64,000 bases of DNA, taken from Yuukianura sp. NJ FZ-2021. Its lineage: Eukaryota. Location of the stretch: positions 5,518,001 to 5,582,000 of the forward strand of contig CM102284.1 in assembly GCA_046563655.1 (NCBI GenBank). Direction: 5' to 3'. Below, piece after piece: positions 63,174-64,000 of the stretch; within the stretch, counting starts at the first letter, position 1; the number at the start of each line of letters is the position of its first letter. Below the pieces are notes generated by a model. The model made no database searches. It was not told the origin of the DNA and worked only from the letters and a program-made list of their open reading frames with translations. Made by a program: the position numbers and the translations under genes.

Positions 63174-64000
63174 TTCTTGAAGTTAGAAAATAGATAAAAA
63201 GTTAAGGTGAAAAAAATTGGAAAAGTTTTAACTGTGAACTTTCACTTTATCCAAAATTGGAAGCCTAAGATTTTGGAAACCTAGGAATTTGGGAATTCAA
63301 AATGAAAAATAGTTTAAGTTTTGATTTTCGGGTTTGAATTTATCAAGAAACTGCAGCTTTTTAATATTCCGTTGGATTGGTTTTAGCTTAAATTTCAGTT
63401 TTCCTTAAATACAGGTTAAAATTCTTTCATTGAATAGAGTACGATGATTAGTCATTTCCTGGACAGTCACTGTTGCATGCCTGGTCTACTTTTTCGGTAT
63501 GACGCTTTCAACTCTAAGTTTGGCACAAATTAGTCACCGCATGCAGGCGGGGCTGTGGTGAGTAAGAAGGTTGATTTAATTTTTAGCGCAGAAGCAACAC
63601 TTCTAAAGCGTCAGCGGAATATTTTGACGCTTGGGTTGGTTTAACCAACGACTTGACGCACGAGCATGTCAAAATTTTGGTCCCAAGGCATCAGCTTCAA
63701 AAAAAAATTCCAGTACCATGTTCGTTCCAAATTTTGAGGCAAATTAGGCTTAAAAACCTAAATTAGGGGGTTAGAGGGGTTAAATGGCTGAGTCATTCAC
63801 CCCGGAGGTTAGGTTAGTTAGGCTAAGTTAGACTTAGCCTAATCTTTGAGTTGTACACAGCCTTACCTAACCGGGTATGTAATTAATTTAAACCTAAAGG
63901 CTTAAACTTCTGCAGCTCCTGTGTGTCTTCGTCGTCCCCCTTCACTCACTTGACTTTTCCAATTTATTTTCTTGTTAGTTTTGGAAAGTGAAAGTGAAAA

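Overview
AT-rich, compact, intron-containing animal genomic DNA. It is an arthropod, and a springtail-like hexapod is plausible but only inferred. Introns are short GT-AG (mostly 50-250 nt), so the ORF track shows exon fragments; I rebuilt gene models by hand. Left to right: first exon of an unknown gene running off the window; three tandem 7-exon Baeyer-Villiger monooxygenase (BVMO) genes of microbial type (two near-identical intact copies and one divergent copy lacking key catalytic residues); a small secreted orphan; a Pro/Thr mucin-like protein; a sigma GST; an MGCxxS-acylated CxxC zinc-finger protein; a CFAP97/KIAA1430-like domain fused to a degenerate cyclophilin with a perfect RFX X-box upstream; a second sigma GST; NADPH oxidase 5; a Cys-rich repeat surface protein; a small membrane protein; a thioester-less Mcr-type TEP; and three tandem GPI-type paralogs with a remote DOMON-like signature. 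Three non-autonomous DNA transposons (two TA-flanked MITEs, one hAT with 8-bp TSD) are visible. No rRNA, tRNA or CRISPR was seen. All homology calls come from motif recognition, not database searches.
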